A DNA stretch of 64,000 bases from Candidatus Spongiisociaceae bacterium (GTDB lineage Bacteria; Actinomycetota; Acidimicrobiia; Spongiisociales; Spongiisociaceae): contig OZ253564.1 of NCBI GenBank assembly GCA_965262915.1, forward strand, positions 2,848,001 to 2,912,000, in the 5' to 3' direction. The notes beneath the pieces were generated by a model. It worked only from the letters and a program-made list of their open reading frames with translations. It made no database searches and was not told the DNA's origin. Below are positions 9,271 through 21,476 of the stretch, piece after piece. Every line of letters begins with the position of its first letter. Position 1 is the stretch's first letter. Both the position numbers and the translations under genes were made by a program.

Positions 9271-10821
9271 ATGCCTACTACTGCTGAGGAGTACCTCCAG
9301 CCGCTCCTCCCAGGCCTGGTGCCAGTACCGGCGGTCCAACCTGGCGTATGCCCCATCTGCCGGACCGCAGCCAACGACGGCTACGACGACTGCTACCACT
9401 GCGCCGGCCAAACCGTGTCCGTAGTCCCGATCTCGCTGTCGATCCACAGTGAGCTCCTTCACCACCATCTCAGGCACTACAAGGACAACCCGCACGCCGA
9501 CGTTCGTCAGAAACTCACCATCCGCCTTGCCGCACTGATCGAGTTGTTTCTCCGCCACCACCTCGACTCATGTCTCGGTGGCCCCGTACACCGAGTCGCT
9601 ACCGTTCCCTCGCAACACCGCGATGCCCCATGGGGAATCATCCGCTGGCTCGCCCGCTTCGCCGGACAAACCAACCCACTCACCTACCAGCCAGAGCACA
9701 GGTTCGTTGCCACCGCCAACCTCCAAGACCAGCGGGTCCTACTAGGGCGTGTTCACGTTTCTGAGCGTGTCGTGTATGAGCGCGAGGGTGATGAATGCTA
9801 GGAACATCACGTCGAGTTTGTCGTAGCGGGTGAAGACACGCCGGTAGCCTTTGAGCCGTCGGAAGAGCCGTTCGACCTCGTTCCGTCGCTTGTATATCGG
9901 ACGGTTGTAGTCCCACGGGTGGCGGCGGTTGCTTCGGGGTGGGATGACCGGCGTGTAGCCCAGAGCGACGGCCAGTTGCCGTGTTTCGTCCCCTTCATAG
10001 GCGCGGTCCGCTACCAGGAACAGCTCTAGCTGCTCCCCTTCCTGCTCCTTTTTTCGTGGGCCCATCTTTTTGAGGAGCTCCCGCCCATGGGGAGCATCAT
10101 GGTCCTGACCTGGGGAAAGAGCGAATAAGACGGCGCTACAAGCGCTGGCCGCGACCTGTGGATCTTGGTGTTCAACCCTCCCCGGGAGCGACCGATGGCC
10201 TGGGGACCCCGCTTTCGGAGAGCACCACAGCCGTCGGGATGAACCTTGACCGACGTGCTGTCCAGGCCCAGAACTTCGAGGTCGATGAGCTGTTCCTGCT
10301 GTAGACGCTGGAACACCCGGTCCAAGACGCCGCTGGCCGCCCAGCGGCTCATCCGCATGTAAACGGTGTGCCAGTTCCCGAACCGTTCGGGAAGCGCCCG
10401 CCATTTGCAGCCGTGCTCCAGTACGTACAGGATGCCGTTGAGGGCTTGGAGGTTGGATACCTTGACGGTACCGCGGGGTTTCGGGAACACGTCTACTATG
10501 AGTTGGTATTGTTCTTGTGTTATTGTCATATCGTAATGATATCACATCAGTGTAACTTTAGGTGAACACGCCCTAGTAGACGACACCTTCACCTCCGGCC
10601 AGAGCCTCTTAGCCGCTCACCAGGCACTCACCGACGCCGGAGCCGAAGTTGCAGGACCTCTTGTGATCGGCCGCCACGTCCGACCCGACTGGCCACCAAG
10701 CGCAGAACTACTCCAACGCCTCAAATCCATGCAGTGGACTGTGACAAGATGCTGCCGCTGCGCAGGCGTCGTCTGCGACCCACCCCTACGCGACAAGCCA
10801 ACATCACTATTCGGCAACTGA
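9271..10821 (+). pseudogene. ComF-like Zn-ribbon phosphoribosyltransferase (ShosT-like), split by IS5
   Basis: CPIC..CYHC N-terminus. Removing the IS joins 9271-9744 to 10576-10821, restoring VLLVDDTFTSG (PRPP-binding loop) and a 239-aa ORF. Confidence 0.88.
9746..10572 (-). mobile_element. IS5-family insertion sequence with frameshifted transposase
   Basis: Terminal IRs GGCGTGTTCAC/GTGAACACGCC flanked by CTAG duplication; WRALPERFGNWHTVY, LDSTSVKVH, VADRAY and RNEVERLFRRLKGYRRVFTRYDK motifs across two frames. Confidence 0.95.
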
Positions 10822-10929
10822 CACCGGCGAAAAGACCCACGACGTTGACACCCCACCGCCCTGGGATCGTTCCGTGTCCGTCGCTGGCTTCGGGTGGCGG
10901 GCGACGTACCACGGGTCCGGCGGGGACTA

Positions 10930-11218
10930 GCCCGCTGCTTTGCCCAACCCAACCACTGCCCCAGACGACGCCAAAGGTGTGTGCGGCGACCCGCCTCAAC
11001 CTGTACCGCGGACGCTGACTCGACGAACAACTCAAGGGTCGAACCCAACACAGCGACCACAGCTCCCCGACCGGACCAGTACCAGCCCCGAACCCGGCTA
11101 CCGAACCCAGACAGACGATTCCGGTCACCACTCCAGAACCCCGGATCATCGACCAGGCACAACTCGAAGCCGCCCTAGCCCGCCTACCCGCACCCCTAGC
11201 AGCCCAACTCGCCCGCCT
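10930..11218 (+). repeat. ~290-bp degenerate direct repeat, copy 2
   Basis: Homologous to 7809-8098; a shorter third trace lies near 11570-11610. Confidence 0.85.
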
Positions 11219-11642
11219 TACCACCGCCCGCAAGGCGTTGGGCTAGCAATGCGACCGACGTCGTCATCGCACCAGCCCCCGAAACACCACGACCACGACG
11301 CAGGTCGACGGGGGACCTAGATCGCCGGGCCGAACGACCGGCCTGACCACCGGGGTCTGATATCCCGATGCTCTCAGTTCCGCCTTCCCGCATAGCCGGC
11401 CACCTCTTCCCCATAACCAGTACCTGAACCTCATTGACCCGGCTGCGTTCGGTGTGCTACACCAACTGAGCCCTCCACGGACAGCGTAACCAACACCAGA
11501 GGCTTCGCCCCGCGCCGAAGGCGCATGCGGTACCCACACGTTCAAAGTGGGCAGCGGACGGCGAATGTATCAGCCCCGAACCCAGGCGGCCGATTCCAGT
11601 CACGACTCCCGGGAGGACTGGGTCGAGCCAGGGGGTCGCGTG

Positions 11643-11672
11643 GAGCGGCCCGCCGTTTTGGGCGGGCCGCTC
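11643..11672 (-). terminator. hairpin downstream of groEL
   Basis: Perfect 12-bp stem GAGCGGCCCGCC/GGCGGGCCGCTC, about 30 bp after the groEL stop. Confidence 0.7.
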
Positions 11673-11700
11673 GTGCTGGTAGATGTGGTGGTCTGGGGGG

Positions 11701-13359
<1,659 letters not shown>

Positions 13360-13382
13360 CTAATCCTGTCCTACAGCAACCG

Positions 13383-13673
13383 TCAACCGACGATCGCCAA
13401 CAGGTCGCGGGACGAGAGGATCAGATACTCATCGCCTTCATGTTTCAATTCGGTGCCTCCGAACTTGGAGTAGACGACCACATCACCCTCGGATACATCG
13501 AGGGGGATCCGCTCTCCGTCATCACTCAGATCACCAGGCCCCACAGCCATAATCGTTCCGGTCTGTGGTTTTTCCTTGGCCGTGTCGGGGATTACCAGTC
13601 CCGACGACGTGCGCTGCTCGTCATCCTCGTTGGGCCTGACGATCACACGGCCGCCGAGTGGCTTCAGATTCAT
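13383..13673 (-). CDS. groS: co-chaperonin GroES
   Basis: [29 protein letters not shown] motifs; SD AAGGAGG upstream. Confidence 0.99.
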   Translation of the reverse strand: MNLKPLGGRVIVRPNEDDEQRTSSGLVIPDTAKEKPQTGTIMAVGPGDLSDDGERIPLDVSEGDVVVYSKFGGTELKHEGDEYLILSSRDLLAIVG

Positions 13674-13767
13674 CCGAAGTCCTCCTTAAACAGGTGAATA
13701 TGCGTACAAAGCGCCAACCGCCCGATCGGGCATCACCAGAAACCAGTAGTCTCCCACGGCACCTGGA

Positions 13768-13822
13768 TTGGCACTCGTACCTTACGAGTGCCAAACTAGC
13801 AGACCCTCCCGAAGACTGCTAG
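13768..13822. promoter_or_regulatory. tandem CIRCE (HrcA operator) elements
   Basis: TTGGCACTC-N9-GAGTGCCAA at 13768-13794 and degenerate CTAGCAGAC-N9-GACTGCTAG at 13796-13822, upstream of groES. Confidence 0.92.
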
Positions 13823-13915
13823 TCCAGTAGTCGGTCGCCAATGGTGGCCAACTCGATATCAAACCCGAGATAACCCCGCAACTGGTGGATGTCCCCACCT
13901 ACCGGCGCATCCTCT

Positions 13916-13946
13916 TATTGCACATATGGGACGGATATGTGCAATA
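13916..13946. other. palindromic tyrosine-recombinase-type site, copy 1
   Basis: TATTGCACATA-TGGGACGGA-TATGTGCAATA; identical to 17009-17039. Confidence 0.75.
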
Positions 13947-14246
13947 CCCGACATGTCCGAAACACTGTGACCAGGCGGTTCGTGTCCGATCCCACGATAG
14001 TTGGCGAATTCTCACGGACGTGGCGAACCTTCTCATCTAGTCGGCGAATGAGCCTTCGGTGTTCACCGCGACACGCCGGTCTTCTACCATTCGCTGGAAT
14101 TCTCCCGTGATATGGGAACGGTGCCGTGTCCTGGGGTTCTGAGGTCAATCCTTTCTCCCGCTACCTACCCGACGGGTGTTAGCGGTCTCGTCTCCGATAC
14201 CGTGGCAACCTCCACCGCAGACCTGCGTGACGGATGCGGCGGTGAC

Positions 14247-14927
14247 TCACATGTGTTCGATATAGCTTGCTGCGACGTGTTCGGGTGGGTTGGTGTAGCG
14301 GGCGATGTAGCGCTGTGATCGGTGACCGAGGCGTCGTTGGGGTTCGGTGTGTTCAGCGTCGTGGAGCCGGCCGATCCGTTCGAGGATGGTGTTGATGCTA
14401 CGTCCGGAGAGGCGCCCGTCCGGGCGGCGGCTGCTCACCGATGCGGCGGATAGGAAAAATGCGGTGGACTTGGGGGTGGTGTCGGCCGGTCGTTCCTCCT
14501 CCAGGTAGTCGGCGAGGGCGTGGCGGGCGTCGACGGAGAGGAAGACTGTGCGCTGAGTTTTTCCTTTGCCCCGAACACCCACGACCCGGGCGCGGCGGGC
14601 GGCACGCAGTTGCGCTGGTCGGGACGGTTGAACCTGGTCGAGGTCAAGCAGCACAAGTTCGAGGCGTCGGAGTCCGGTGGACAACAGCACGAACACGATT
14701 GCACGATCTTGGACGGGTCGGCTGTGGCCATGCAGCCGAGGCGGATCCCCTCTCCCCCGCCGCCGGCCCTTACGTTGGCTGTATCTTTCCAGCCGATCGC
14801 ATAGGTTCTTGAGTGATCTCACCTGTCCCGGGGCGAGGCTGCGCGGTTCCAACGGTGGTAGCGGCAACGCAGAGACACCGGTGGAGGGGTTTCCGGTCGC
14901 GAACAGCCCGGGCTCTTGTGCGCTCAC
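14247..14927 (-). pseudogene. tyrosine recombinase remnant
   Basis: RAIVFVLLSTGLRRLEL, VRGKGK and LGH..Y motifs present; HxxR box and N-terminus missing. Confidence 0.8.
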
Positions 14928-15995
14928 CCAGGTGGTACCAGGCTACCGGTTGCCTTCACAGAAGGGGCATTCCGTGAAGGCACCGGCTGCCGAAGCAGCG
15001 ACGTGTCGTCCCCAGCTTCAGCAGCAACACCCCCGGCCTCGGGACGGTTGACCGCCGCCAACCAAGTCGCTGTCCGAACCCGTCGCCGGAGCAACCGACG
15101 AGACCGCACCCGGCCACTTCTCGTACCGCCTCGTACATCGCGACGCTACCCCGGTCGGGCACGAGACCGCCTGGTGGAAGTCGTTCCGATCTACCGCCGC
15201 AGCGCCAGGGTTGTTAGGGCTGTTGGAATCCGTGGTCTAGTGGCCGTTGTCCGGTTCGGTTTCGGCGTTTGGTGGCTGGGGTGGGGGGGATGTTTATGAC
15301 CGGCGCGTAAGGAATCTTTTGGTGCGCGCCCTTCGGGCGACGCCCCGAGGAGAAGAATCACCACGAAACGGCGGGTGGTGGGACGTGGCCCACCCACCCG
15401 GCGTCGGCGGAGGTGGACTCCGGAGAGGCGCAACTACGAAAACCGGGGCTACTTCGGGGTCTTGGGCGGGACCTGAGGTGGGCTTGGTGGGGTCGGAGCT
15501 GGCTCGGCGGTGGGGTTGGCATGTCGCCGGAGCAGGCCGCTCTCGAGGTCGACCGGGTGATACGGCTGGGACGGCCGGTACGGAACCGCCGAGGCCTCGC
15601 CACCCGCCACTGGATCATCCTAGACAACAGCACCAGCCAGGCACTCACCGGAGACCCGCTCCCACGATCGGCCCTGGTCTCCGTAACCAGGTAACCAGCC
15701 GAACAGTTCGTGGTACACAAGCCGTAGCCAGTATCCTCGCGTTTGGGACAGGTTGGGTAGCCGCCCAAATGGGAGGCACACCCCGGGAGAGACAACCCGG
15801 CCAACGACCTACCAGACGCTACAACCCCACAGCCACAGCGACCAACTCCCACATAACGAGCAGGTCGACGGTTCATTTCCGTTTTTCTGCAACTTTTCTG
15901 TTTTGGGTGCGTCTTGTGGGTGGAAGTATTAGTGGGCGGGGCCGAGCGAAGCGTTTGGTGTTCCGTCCTAGGGAGATTCGAGGAGGTACGAGTTG

Positions 15996-16652
15996 ATGTC
16001 AGATCTTATTGATGGCCTGTCGGACGGTCTACAGAACGCGGGGGAGACGATCCTGTCTTTTTTGCCGCGTCTGATAGGAGCTTTGGTCATCCTGGTGGTC
16101 GGGTGGCTGGTCGCCCGGTTGGTACATCGGGCGGTCAAACGTCTGCTGAAAGCGGTAGGCCTCGACGGTTTGTTGGAACGGGCCGGGCTTGGTGAGCGGC
16201 TGCAGGCGGTGGGCCATACGGCTACCGACCTTGTTGCGCGGGCGATCTATTGGATCGCGTTGTTGGTGGTGTTCCTGCTCACGGCCGAAGCGTTGGATGT
16301 GGAGTATCTCAGCAGTATCTTGACGGGGCTGATCGGGTATCTACCGTTGGTGGTGGTGGCCATTGTCATCGTCATCGTCGCAGCGGCGGTTGGTGCATTC
16401 CTCGCTGAGGTGTCAACGCCTTGGTCTCAGGAGCGCCATATCCGGTGGCTGCCCACAACGGCGCGGTGGATGGTCATCGGGTTCGGTGTGTTCGCTGCTC
16501 TGAACACGTTGAAGATCGCCGAGGAGATCGTCAACACCCTGTTCATCGCTGTGGTAGGGACAGTCGGAGCGATCCTGGTTATCGCTTTCGGGGTTGGGGG
16601 CATCTCCGCGGCGAAGGAATGGTGGGCCAGCGTCCTACCCGACCGCGACTGA
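15996..16652 (+). CDS. TM-helix-repeat membrane protein (MscS-associated TM_helix/CmpX-like)
   Basis: Two repeats of FLP.LIGAL.IL.VGW.VA / YLP.V..AIVI; C-terminal AFGVGG; SD GGAGG. Confidence 0.85.
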   Translation: MSDLIDGLSDGLQNAGETILSFLPRLIGALVILVVGWLVARLVHRAVKRLLKAVGLDGLLERAGLGERLQAVGHTATDLVARAIYWIALLVVFLLTAEALDVEYLSSILTGLIGYLPLVVVAIVIVIVAAAVGAFLAEVSTPWSQERHIRWLPTTARWMVIGFGVFAALNTLKIAEEIVNTLFIAVVGTVGAILVIAFGVGGISAAKEWWASVLPDRD

Positions 16653-17008
16653 CCAAAGGTCTCGACGTGGCCTGACCGACCGTCCCCGGTTCCTGCTCGG
16701 CCGGCCGGTCAGGCCACTAAGGAAAGTTACGCCCCCGGGGATTCTTCGTAACTTTCCCACCTGCTTGTGCGTCCCCCTACTGAAACGTAGAAAGAGGGGC
16801 AGAGGCAAAGAGCGTCCCGTCCACTCGACATTTGAGGAGGTAACCGATGGTGATCGCAGTGAACCGCGAGTGGTTGTTCGCGATCCCAGCGACAGCCGCG
16901 TAGCTCGCAGACGAACGGGTCCTCCAGCTCTTGGAAAACGTGTTCGACAGGCTCGGGTAGTACACCGCGCTTCAACGGACCGGAACGGGACCTGCCCGAA
17001 GTGTCCGG

Positions 17009-17039
17009 TATTGCACATATGGGACGGATATGTGCAATA
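17009..17039. other. palindromic tyrosine-recombinase-type site, copy 2
   Basis: Identical 31-mer to 13916-13946; its left flank is shared with 18512-18538. Confidence 0.75.
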
Positions 17040-17091
17040 ACCGTCCCGGACGGTAGGCGGCTGGGGGTGGTTGTCGTCGGGCTGCTGGGGG

Positions 17092-18336
17092 TCAGGGGGT
17101 GGTGGGTTGGTTTTGGGTGGTGAGGGCTGTGTCGAGGCTGGCGATTAGGTGGGTGATGTCGGGTGCTTCGAAGACTCGGTATCTTTGTTTGCCGACGCTG
17201 CGTACTGTGAGGATGCCTACTTGGGTGAGCCGGTTGATGGCCTGGCCTGTTGTGACGGTGGATCGTCCGATGGTGGCGGCGGCTGTTGTGACGGTGAAGA
17301 CCGGTCGGGCGGGTAACAGGCCCACGAGCAGGTCAGCGGCTGATCCACGCCGGATGGGTGCGGCCCGGGCGCGGAGGTCTGCTTCTAGTGCGGAGACAGC
17401 ATCGAGGTAGCGTTGCGCTTCGTGGCAGGCGTCGTAGGTGGCCTCGAGGAACACTCCTAGCCATTGTTCGGCAGCCTGGTCTCGGCCCGGGTCGGTGGGG
17501 GCACCTTCGTGCCGGTAGGCGGTGAGTCCGTCAAAGTAGACGTTGGGAGACCGGGCGAGGGCGGCGCTGATGGGCGGCACGAACGCGGGAGCGAGATTCC
17601 GCTGGTGTAGCACGGCGTGGATTAGTGCCCGCCCGACGCGTCCGTTGCCGTCGGCGAACGGGTGGATGGTCTCGAATTGGGCATGGGCGATACCGGCTTG
17701 GATCAGCGGTGGGATATCGGATCGGTTCATGTAGGCGACTAGGTCCGCCAACAGGTCGGGGACTTGTTCGGCGGGGGGTGGCACATAGGAAGCGCCCACT
17801 GGTGTGTATGCGTTTGCACCGATCCAGTTCTGCGTGTCGCGTACCCAGCCGCCTAGGTGTGGATGAGCAGAGGTGGCCATCAGCCGGGTGTGGACCTCCA
17901 GTAGGTCTGTGGTTCGGAGCGGTCCACCGCTGGTAGCGACGCGGATAGCGGTTTCCATCGCTTCGAGGTTCCCCAGCACCTCTGTCGCCGCCCGATCCGA
18001 CGACCTGCCCCCTTCCCGTTGTTCGGCCTCGGCGGTGAGGATCCTCCGAGCCGATGGGTTGATCGCTTCGATACGCGAAGACGCCATGGCCTCGACGCGC
18101 AGCAGCACATGAGCGAACGTGTCCAAAGGATGGGGGCTGCCGGCGGCGTGTCGGGTGTTCAGCGCCCGAACCGCGGCGGAGGCGTCACCAGCTGTGGCTA
18201 CCACATCGAGGGACAGACGCGGTGTCCACCCACCAAGGGGGTCTGGCACATACGCCTGGTAACGGCCGCCCCGCCGCTCTCTCGCTGCTGGCGCGTCCAG
18301 ACGTGGCTGCCAGTACCCCGAGACGTATCGGCCCAT
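17092..18336 (-). CDS. Fic family protein
   Basis: HAQFETIHPFADGNGRVGR catalytic motif, EAMASSRIE inhibitory-type helix, C-terminal HTH. Confidence 0.95.
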   Translation of the reverse strand: MGRYVSGYWQPRLDAPAARERRGGRYQAYVPDPLGGWTPRLSLDVVATAGDASAAVRALNTRHAAGSPHPLDTFAHVLLRVEAMASSRIEAINPSARRILTAEAEQREGGRSSDRAATEVLGNLEAMETAIRVATSGGPLRTTDLLEVHTRLMATSAHPHLGGWVRDTQNWIGANAYTPVGASYVPPPAEQVPDLLADLVAYMNRSDIPPLIQAGIAHAQFETIHPFADGNGRVGRALIHAVLHQRNLAPAFVPPISAALARSPNVYFDGLTAYRHEGAPTDPGRDQAAEQWLGVFLEATYDACHEAQRYLDAVSALEADLRARAAPIRRGSAADLLVGLLPARPVFTVTTAAATIGRSTVTTGQAINRLTQVGILTVRSVGKQRYRVFEAPDITHLIASLDTALTTQNQPTTP

Positions 18337-18340
18337 AACC

Positions 18341-19699
18341 CTAACCCCCAACCAACCTAACCAAACTGACGAACACTAACCCTAGCTTAGAACCTTTTGG
18401 GGGGTGGGTAAGGCAGAAGCGGCCAGGGTGGGTGGATGTGGATGTGTTGGCGGGTCGGGGGGTGGGGTGGTTGCCGTGGGCGGCGTCGGACAGCTCGCAT
18501 CGTTTGTACCCGAACGGGACCTGCCCGAAGTGTCCGGGTATTGCAGGTATGGGGGCGTTATCTGCCGTCGTAACCCGTCGGAGGTCTGGGAGGGCCGTGT
18601 TGAGGACGGCCGCTGCATCGAAGATACCGGTCTCATGGCGGGCGAAGCGCTCGTAGGCGTCCTTGTCGAGGATCCGGAGCACGACTAGAGCAACAGCGGA
18701 GCCTACCCATAGGTCATTGTCAGGCAGCGACGACAGCACCACGGCCGCTAGATGGGTCGCTTGCTCCAGGTCACGCAGACTGCATTCGGGGTGTTCCACT
18801 ACCAGGTGCATCATCTGGCGGATCCATCCGTTGGTCGGTCCGAAACGGGCGGCGAGTCCAGTAGCGTCCAGTAGCCCATCGAGGAACGTTGTGATGTCCG
18901 GTTGGGCTGGTACCGGAAGGCCAACATGCAGATCAGCGAAGCGTCGCAGATACCTGTCGGCGCCAAACTCCTCACCGTAGAGCGACCCCACAGCACAGCG
19001 CAGCTGGTCTCGGTTGATCGCCAAGACAACCACAACTCCGTCAACTGAGAACAGGTGCCTGACCACCTCCAAAAGATCGAGGGCATACGCCGGTCGGCAT
19101 CTATCCAACTCATCCACGAACACGACTAGGGGACGGTCCTCGGCTGTGGCGGCCCCCAGCGCCTTGGTGAAGGCGTCGATGGCCGTCTTAGCAGCGTCCC
19201 ACGAACCCAGCATCGAGGGGCCGCTACCCAGCATCTCCCGGTCGATGATCCCTTTCGTGAGTACCTTGGCGAGATGCCACGCTACAGCGTCGGCATTTCG
19301 CCTCAAGGTGTCCCTGACGGGACCAGAGACACGAGCCGATATCGCGGCCACCAGATCGACCAGGGGCCTCTGGGTGTACTGCTGCCGCCACGCGTTGAAC
19401 TCGACCACCCGCACGTCTCGGGATTGAAGAAACGCCGAACACATCCTCACGAACGCGGTCTTGCCCGAACCCCACGGGGCGTCGAGTAACACAACAGCAG
19501 GACCTTCAATACCCGAAAGCACAGAACAGAAAGCCTCGACGTGGTGGCGCCGGCTCAGTTTGTCGTGCTTGAAGGGGTCCTTCGGGTCAGCCTCGAACTC
19601 GTTGGGGTGTAACCGCACGAACACCCAGGATACAAAGCGGCGGAAGCTGCGAAGGGTCCCGTCGAGGCGGAAGACGAGGACCGACCCGGCTGTGGCCAT
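18341..19699 (-). CDS. KAP-family P-loop NTPase, C-terminus disrupted
   Basis: LLDAPWGSGKT, VEFNAW, VFVDELDRCRP, YLRRF; sequence beyond ~18570 reads through a recombination-site repeat. Confidence 0.85.
   Translation of the reverse strand: MATAGSVLVFRLDGTLRSFRRFVSWVFVRLHPNEFEADPKDPFKHDKLSRRHHVEAFCSVLSGIEGPAVVLLDAPWGSGKTAFVRMCSAFLQSRDVRVVEFNAWRQQYTQRPLVDLVAAISARVSGPVRDTLRRNADAVAWHLAKVLTKGIIDREMLGSGPSMLGSWDAAKTAIDAFTKALGAATAEDRPLVVFVDELDRCRPAYALDLLEVVRHLFSVDGVVVVLAINRDQLRCAVGSLYGEEFGADRYLRRFADLHVGLPVPAQPDITTFLDGLLDATGLAARFGPTNGWIRQMMHLVVEHPECSLRDLEQATHLAAVVLSSLPDNDLWVGSAVALVVLRILDKDAYERFARHETGIFDAAAVLNTALPDLRRVTTADNAPIPAIPGHFGQVPFGYKRCELSDAAHGNHPTPRPANTSTSTHPGRFCLTHPPKGSKLGLVFVSLVRLVGG
18512..18569. 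other. degenerate recombination site, copy 3
   Basis: GAACGGGACCTGCCCGAAGTGTCCGG flank as at 16983-17008, then TATTGCAGGTA-TGGGGGCGT-TATCTGCCG. Confidence 0.65.
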
Positions 19700-19968
19700 T
19701 GACGCCGACGGACAGCTACACGCCGAATCCGGGGGTGTCCTGGTTATGGGCTCGGCGGCCGTTACCGGTGCTATCCATGCAAACTGACGCCCCGATCACA
19801 TCGTCGAGAACTAGTGGTTGGTTCCACGGTTTCCCAGGCACCTCATGAGCTTGCAGCGGAAGGGGGTGTAGGTGGTGGGGGTTTAGGAGGGGGAGCCGTG
19901 TTGGGGCTGGTGAGGGTGTGTGGGGTCGGTCGGGTTCTCTTGTTGGTGGGGTACGGAGGCCCGACGGG

Positions 19969-20120
19969 TCACCAGCCGCACCAGGATCCCCACAAAACAG
20001 AGACGGTCCGGGATGCGTGGTTATGGCATCGGAGTGGATGGTTGTCCTCACGGGACGGTATCAAAGCCTCGACCGCTGTCCAGACCACGTTTGCTACTTC
20101 GGGTTCGAGCGCGCGCATAA
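19969..20120 (-). pseudogene. IS5-family transposase N-terminal fragment
   Basis: MRALEPEVANVVWTAVEALIP..DNHPLRCH, continuing frameshifted into CFVGILVRLVT. Confidence 0.65.
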
Positions 20121-20275
20121 TGGTGTCTCCACCAGTTGGGGTGAGTTTTTTGCACTCGGTATCAAACCCGAGGAACCTCCTCAACTGGTGGATTTCCCCA
20201 CCCGGGCACACACCCCACAGCCTCCCTACCCGCGCGCTGGCTGTCCTGAAACGCCCAGCCTGCCTAACTGCCCCC

Positions 20276-20469
20276 TGAGCCCCTCCCACGGAAGGGTCCT
20301 CCGTTGCCCACAGCGGGGAAGGGCCAGGCCAGACCCGGCCTCAGCCTCTGATGATTTTCGAGCCGCCAGTTTCGGGCGGAAACACCCCCGAACCCGACCC
20401 CCGAACCGTTAACCAACGCGACCCAAAAGCCCGGAAGCCGATTTGGGGGTTGGGAGAACCCGGCCACGA
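20276..20469 (-). repeat. dispersed non-coding element, copy B
   Basis: Reverse complement aligns with 1890-2092 and 106-159. Confidence 0.7.
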
Positions 20470-20595
20470 CCCATACAGCTTGGCCGTTCTAAGTTTGCAG
20501 CCCTCGGTCCGATTGTCTGGGTTCCCCTCGGGTAAGCGCCCATACCCGGTACGCTTAGGTTATCTATCCCACTGTGGGATTGTTGAGGAGGTATC

Positions 20596-20841
20596 ATGGC
20601 GAGTTACCGTTGGACTAGACGGGTAACTGTTATTGGCGGCGGTTTCCTAGCACTGCTAGTCCTGTTTGTCGCCGTTACCCGGATCCTGAACGTAGAAGTC
20701 GCCGGTGTGCAACCCGAGGCCTGGGCACTGACCGCCACCATGACTGCGCCGCTCACCCTTGGGACTCTGCTGGTAGCCATCTCGGTGACGGCAGTAGCCG
20801 AGAGATCACGACGCCACCGAACACCAAAACCGGTGCGATAG
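20596..20841 (+). CDS. small two-TM membrane protein
   Basis: Strong SD GAGGAGG; two hydrophobic helices. Confidence 0.7.
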   Translation: MASYRWTRRVTVIGGGFLALLVLFVAVTRILNVEVAGVQPEAWALTATMTAPLTLGTLLVAISVTAVAERSRRHRTPKPVR

Positions 20842-21476
20842 CAAACGCGTACCGTGAAACCCCCTATGACCAGTGCCCGCCCCCAACAAGGCCGCCCACC
20901 ACCCACATATCCCCCCGGCCGCCACTGCGCCACCGACAGCTGCACGGCGCGCCTATCCATCTACAACCCGACCGACCACTGCGGCCTCCACTCCCCCCTC
21001 AAACGGGACCGCCAACGCTGGTGAGACCATCGGGCGGGTAACCGCTGTCGGCGGCCGGTCGAGCCCCCCGAGTCCCTTTCGGAGGCCGAGAGTACGCCAG
21101 CAGATGGGCGGGGCCGTTACGTGGGGAGAAACAGCCCGAGGTTCCCAGGCCCACAACGCTGCTCTACCCGCGGGCTCACCGGATGCGGGACACCGACGAC
21201 GACCACTCCCGATCCGCCGCCGGCATGTCTTTACCCACCAGCACCCGCAGCGACACGACCAAAAGCCGACATTGGGTGACCACCATTAGGCCGCCCGTCG
21301 TCGAGACCACACCACCGACACAAGCCCCCAGCGGAAGGGTGGTCCGTTACCTGGTCGAGCAGGGCAAGAGGGTGGGGATTGGCGGATGTAGCCTCATCGG
21401 TGCCGCTGGTGACGCAAATGCCGCTGTTCTAGCGGGGCCAGGCTCCAGACACTCGCCGTTGGGGGAGTGATAGCAG

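Noticed and set aside
15247-15996. 249-aa ORF and overlapping frames
   Set aside because: Fragmentary, no recognisable family; probably a decayed gene.
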